Positions 60,981 through 64,000 of a DNA stretch of 64,000 bases are shown here, piece by piece. Positions within the stretch are counted from its first letter, which is position 1. Every line of letters begins with the position of its first letter. The notes under the pieces were generated by a model. That model saw only the letters and a program-made list of their open reading frames with translations. It was not told the DNA's origin and did not search any database. Made by a program: the position numbers and the translations under genes. The DNA lies in the NCBI GenBank assembly GCA_038087875.1, contig CM075992.1, positions 9,922,001 to 9,986,000 on the forward strand. The letters run 5' to 3'. Source of the DNA: Malacoraja senta. Its lineage: Eukaryota.

Positions 60981-61910
60981 TAAGAAAGCATGCAGTTAGC
61001 TCGTTGAAGACTCTGGTGGTGTGGTACGAGCACCATAAGCAGACATGCAAGCAGGAACCATTGCTGTATGAACTTCAACAGATGTGTGACTGCTCGGTGG
61101 CTGTGGTGTGGCAATGTGAGGCAGGCCACCAGTATCTACACCACATGGAGCCTGTGCAGAACACCTGCCATTCCCCTGCCGCTGAACCCATCGTCAAGAG
61201 CAAGCTGACCATCAGCAACTCGGAGGAAAATCTGAATCAGCAGCAGTGCGTTGTGGAGAAAAAGAAGAGCAAGAACAAAAGGAATGCAATCAGAAAGAAA
61301 CCAGGGCTGTCCAATGAAATGTACATGAAGTGTGAATCAGACACGTCGACTTGTGATGAATCTGATTCGGATCAGAAATTCAAGGAATATTTCAATGTGA
61401 AACTCATTGATGTCGAAGCCAATCAACCCAGTTATGGAGGTGGAAATAAAGTGAATGGCAAGCCACAAGCCTTGAGTTCGGGAGGGGAATCTTCCAAAGT
61501 GGAAGGGCAAAACGGAGAGCCTGAGAGGACTGCAATTGATGAGCCAGCATCTTCATGCCGAACTCAGTCACCGTGCAAGAATTCCATTGTTGAAGACAAT
61601 ACCCCTTCGTTGGCAGCAGAGCTTCCAACGTTGAATACTCTAGTACAGACTGTTGGGAAGGATGCATTGTACTCCTTAACTACCAATTGCCCAGTAACTG
61701 TGCAGATTTCTACGGTACAGAGTTCAGAAATCACCAGCATTACAGAAGAATTTGGACAAGTGCCCTTGGACACTGCACAACAAGTAAATCCTGCTGAATA
61801 TGAGGAAATGACTTGTACTTTCTCAGAACAGTTGACCTACGTAAATCCAGTGGCTGAATGCTACACCATTGAAGAACAGAATGAAGCTACAGAGTGGAAT
61901 GACCATCCAG
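60981..61910 (+). CDS. ZNF653: ZNF653-like coding exon 3 (Cys/His motif plus acidic low-complexity region)
   Basis: Acceptor CTTCTCTGGTTTGCCCACAG|. SLKTLVVWYEHHKQTCKQEPLLYEL..VWQCEAGHQY matches the recalled ZNF653 WYEDH..C..EP.L.EL..VWQCEAGH motif. Likely donor CAG|GTACTA at 61911; the ORF otherwise stops at 61939. Confidence 0.85.
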
Positions 61911-62220
61911 GTACTACTTCACCATTTCATATATTTTAACTGCAATGGGCATTCTTTCATTCACTTTTCCATCTTTTTTGTCAGTTACAAGAATTGCTAA
62001 TACAATTCTTGTTATGTTAACAAGCCTTTGTTTGCATTGTGGGTGTTCATGCCACTTTCTTATTAAAGTCAGAATATAGTTTACCTTTCCCAAGCAAAGT
62101 CCTCACAAGCACATGCACGATCAATGTGACTCAAAGCATTGAATAGTTTCAGAATTTGGAAAGACAATTTGGCTGATATTTGAATGACAAATCATTTTGC
62201 ATTACAATCTCCTCTAACAG

Positions 62221-62242
62221 GCTGTTCGCGATCTGGAGATGA
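62221..62242 (+). CDS. Candidate 22-nt micro-exon 4 (G-CSRSGD)
   Basis: Acceptor TCTCCTCTAACAG|, donor GA|GTGAGT; open in the phase-1 frame left by exon 3. No homology support. Confidence 0.3.
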
Positions 62243-63091
62243 GTGAGTAGGTAATGTAACCAGGTATTGTACCAAGGGTTAGTATGAAGTGAGTTCTAAA
62301 AAACACTGATCTATATCTAAACAAACAAATGTTATTTTAAACATCTTTTGATTCACGTACTACAAATGTTAATAGATTTTGAATTCTTCCTTGGCTACCT
62401 GTTTAATCTACCTGTTTAATTATAGGATTAATTTGAGCATTAATAGCATATTTTTCAAATTATTGCAAATGTTGCAGGATATGAGATTCCACTTAACCTT
62501 TTGTTTTTGCTCTGTTAGGTTTGTCCCCATGTCTGCAGTTGCACTGTTTGCATCATCTTTATCCTTTTGCCCATTATAAACTATCACAAAGAGTTTTAAA
62601 CGGAATGTGCAATAGCGTCTGCTCTTAAAATGTTACAAAAATAGTTGCTGTGCTGTGTCGCTTTGGAGACAGTGAAAGATCTTTTAAAATCTAGAAATCT
62701 AATAATTTGTTCAGTTAGCCAGTGATGACATCCGCGTTTACAGTGGGGTTGTTGGACTTGGTCTAAGGTAAGTGCATTTTTATTCAATGAAAATTGCAAA
62801 TTGAATTTTTTTGAGGTCTTTGGAAAGATGATTGCTATAAATAATTTCTGCTTTCACAACATAGTCAGAAATCTAATAGTGGATCCACACCATTTTCACA
62901 CCTTGCCCTTCCATATCTCTCATTTCCCTCTCCCCTGACAGTCTGCAGAAGGGCTCGATCTGAAACGTCACCCATTCCTTCTATCCAGAGATGCTGCCTG
63001 TCCCGCTGAGTTACTTCAGCATTTTGTGTCTATCTTTGGTGTAAACCAGCATCTGCAGTTCCTTCGTACACACTTCTGGTGCATTTTAATT

Positions 63092-63412
63092 CAGTTTCGA
63101 GATACAGCATGGAAACAGGCCCTTCGGCCTACCGAGTCAATGCCGAGCATTGATTATCCATTCACACTAATTCTATGTAATCCCACTATCGCAAACACTC
63201 GCAAAACACAAGGAACAATTTTCAGAGGGCCAATGAACCTACAAATCCGCACGACTTTGGGATGTGGGAGGAAACTGGGGCATTCGGAAGAAACCTACGC
63301 AGTCACAGAGGGAACGTTAAAACTCCACACAGACAGCACTCGAGGTCAGAATGGAACCCGGGTCTCTGGTGTTGTGAGGTAGTGCACTACCAGCTGTGCT
63401 ACAGTGCTGCCC
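63092..63412 (-). mobile_element. Degenerate HE1-like SINE
   Basis: Reverse complement of tail and head. Confidence 0.8.
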
Positions 63413-64000
63413 TAATCAATAATTTGTACAGATGGAACACTCAGATGCACAGCTTCACATGATGCTATTCACTTATTACAAAATAATTTGAATACATAAG
63501 AATTTCATTGTTCTGTTTCGGGACATATGACATTAAAAACATTCTTGGCGCTTGAAAAGATAGCTGCAATCTTTAGGTAGTATTTGTTCCATTTACAGAT
63601 TTTACAGATTATATTATAAACTTTGCCATTCATTACTCTAAAAATCTATGTCATGGATATTTAAATTAAACGTTGGACACAAGTAAGATTGCAGTGTTTT
63701 AGAACAGAACTTCTCCACAAAAATATAAACTGCATCTGGCCGAATTCTAATGGCTGTTGTAGGTAAACAATTCAAGTACTCATATAAATGTATGCCCACA
63801 CTGTCTGCATGCACATAAGCCAACCCTGTGATCTGATTTTTTTAAATGTCTCCCAAATGATTCTGTGAAATGTTGTGGTCTCTAGTTAGCTCATCCTAAA
63901 AGGCTCGAGTTATCCCCATTTTCAAACTTGACACATTGTAAGTCAGTTTTAATGTGACTGCAACTTGTAGCTGTCTGCTAATTAGGAGGACCTGCCATTG

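Overview
Repeat-dense vertebrate genomic DNA, most likely a cartilaginous fish (skate/ray-like). This is inferred from abundant HE1-type tRNA/V-domain SINEs sharing 3' tails with HER1/CR1 LINEs. One protein-coding gene is well supported: the 5' part of a ZNF653-like gene on the + strand. It has a CpG-island promoter at ~49.14-49.56 kb and phase-compatible exons at 49253-49536, 57584-57633 and 60981-61910; its C2H2 fingers would lie beyond the window. The rest is mostly transposon-derived: about 19 SINEs, about 20 CR1 fragments (one with an unbroken 338-aa ORF), Rex1/Babar LINE pieces and Penelope-like (GIY-YIG) fragments whose short terminal repeats carry minimal hammerhead-ribozyme cores. There is also a 5'-truncated Vingi-like LINE with an 11-bp TSD, a Tigger-like and a hAT-like MITE, and a head-to-tail array of three related non-autonomous Helitron-like units (6.1-11.7 kb). 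The first Helitron unit carries a duplicated TATA-Inr-ATG-splice-donor cassette. A 200-N assembly gap lies at 4434-4633. Repeat boundaries were read by eye and are approximate (about +/-20 bp) unless a TSD or terminus is quoted. Family names come from recalled motifs, not database searches.
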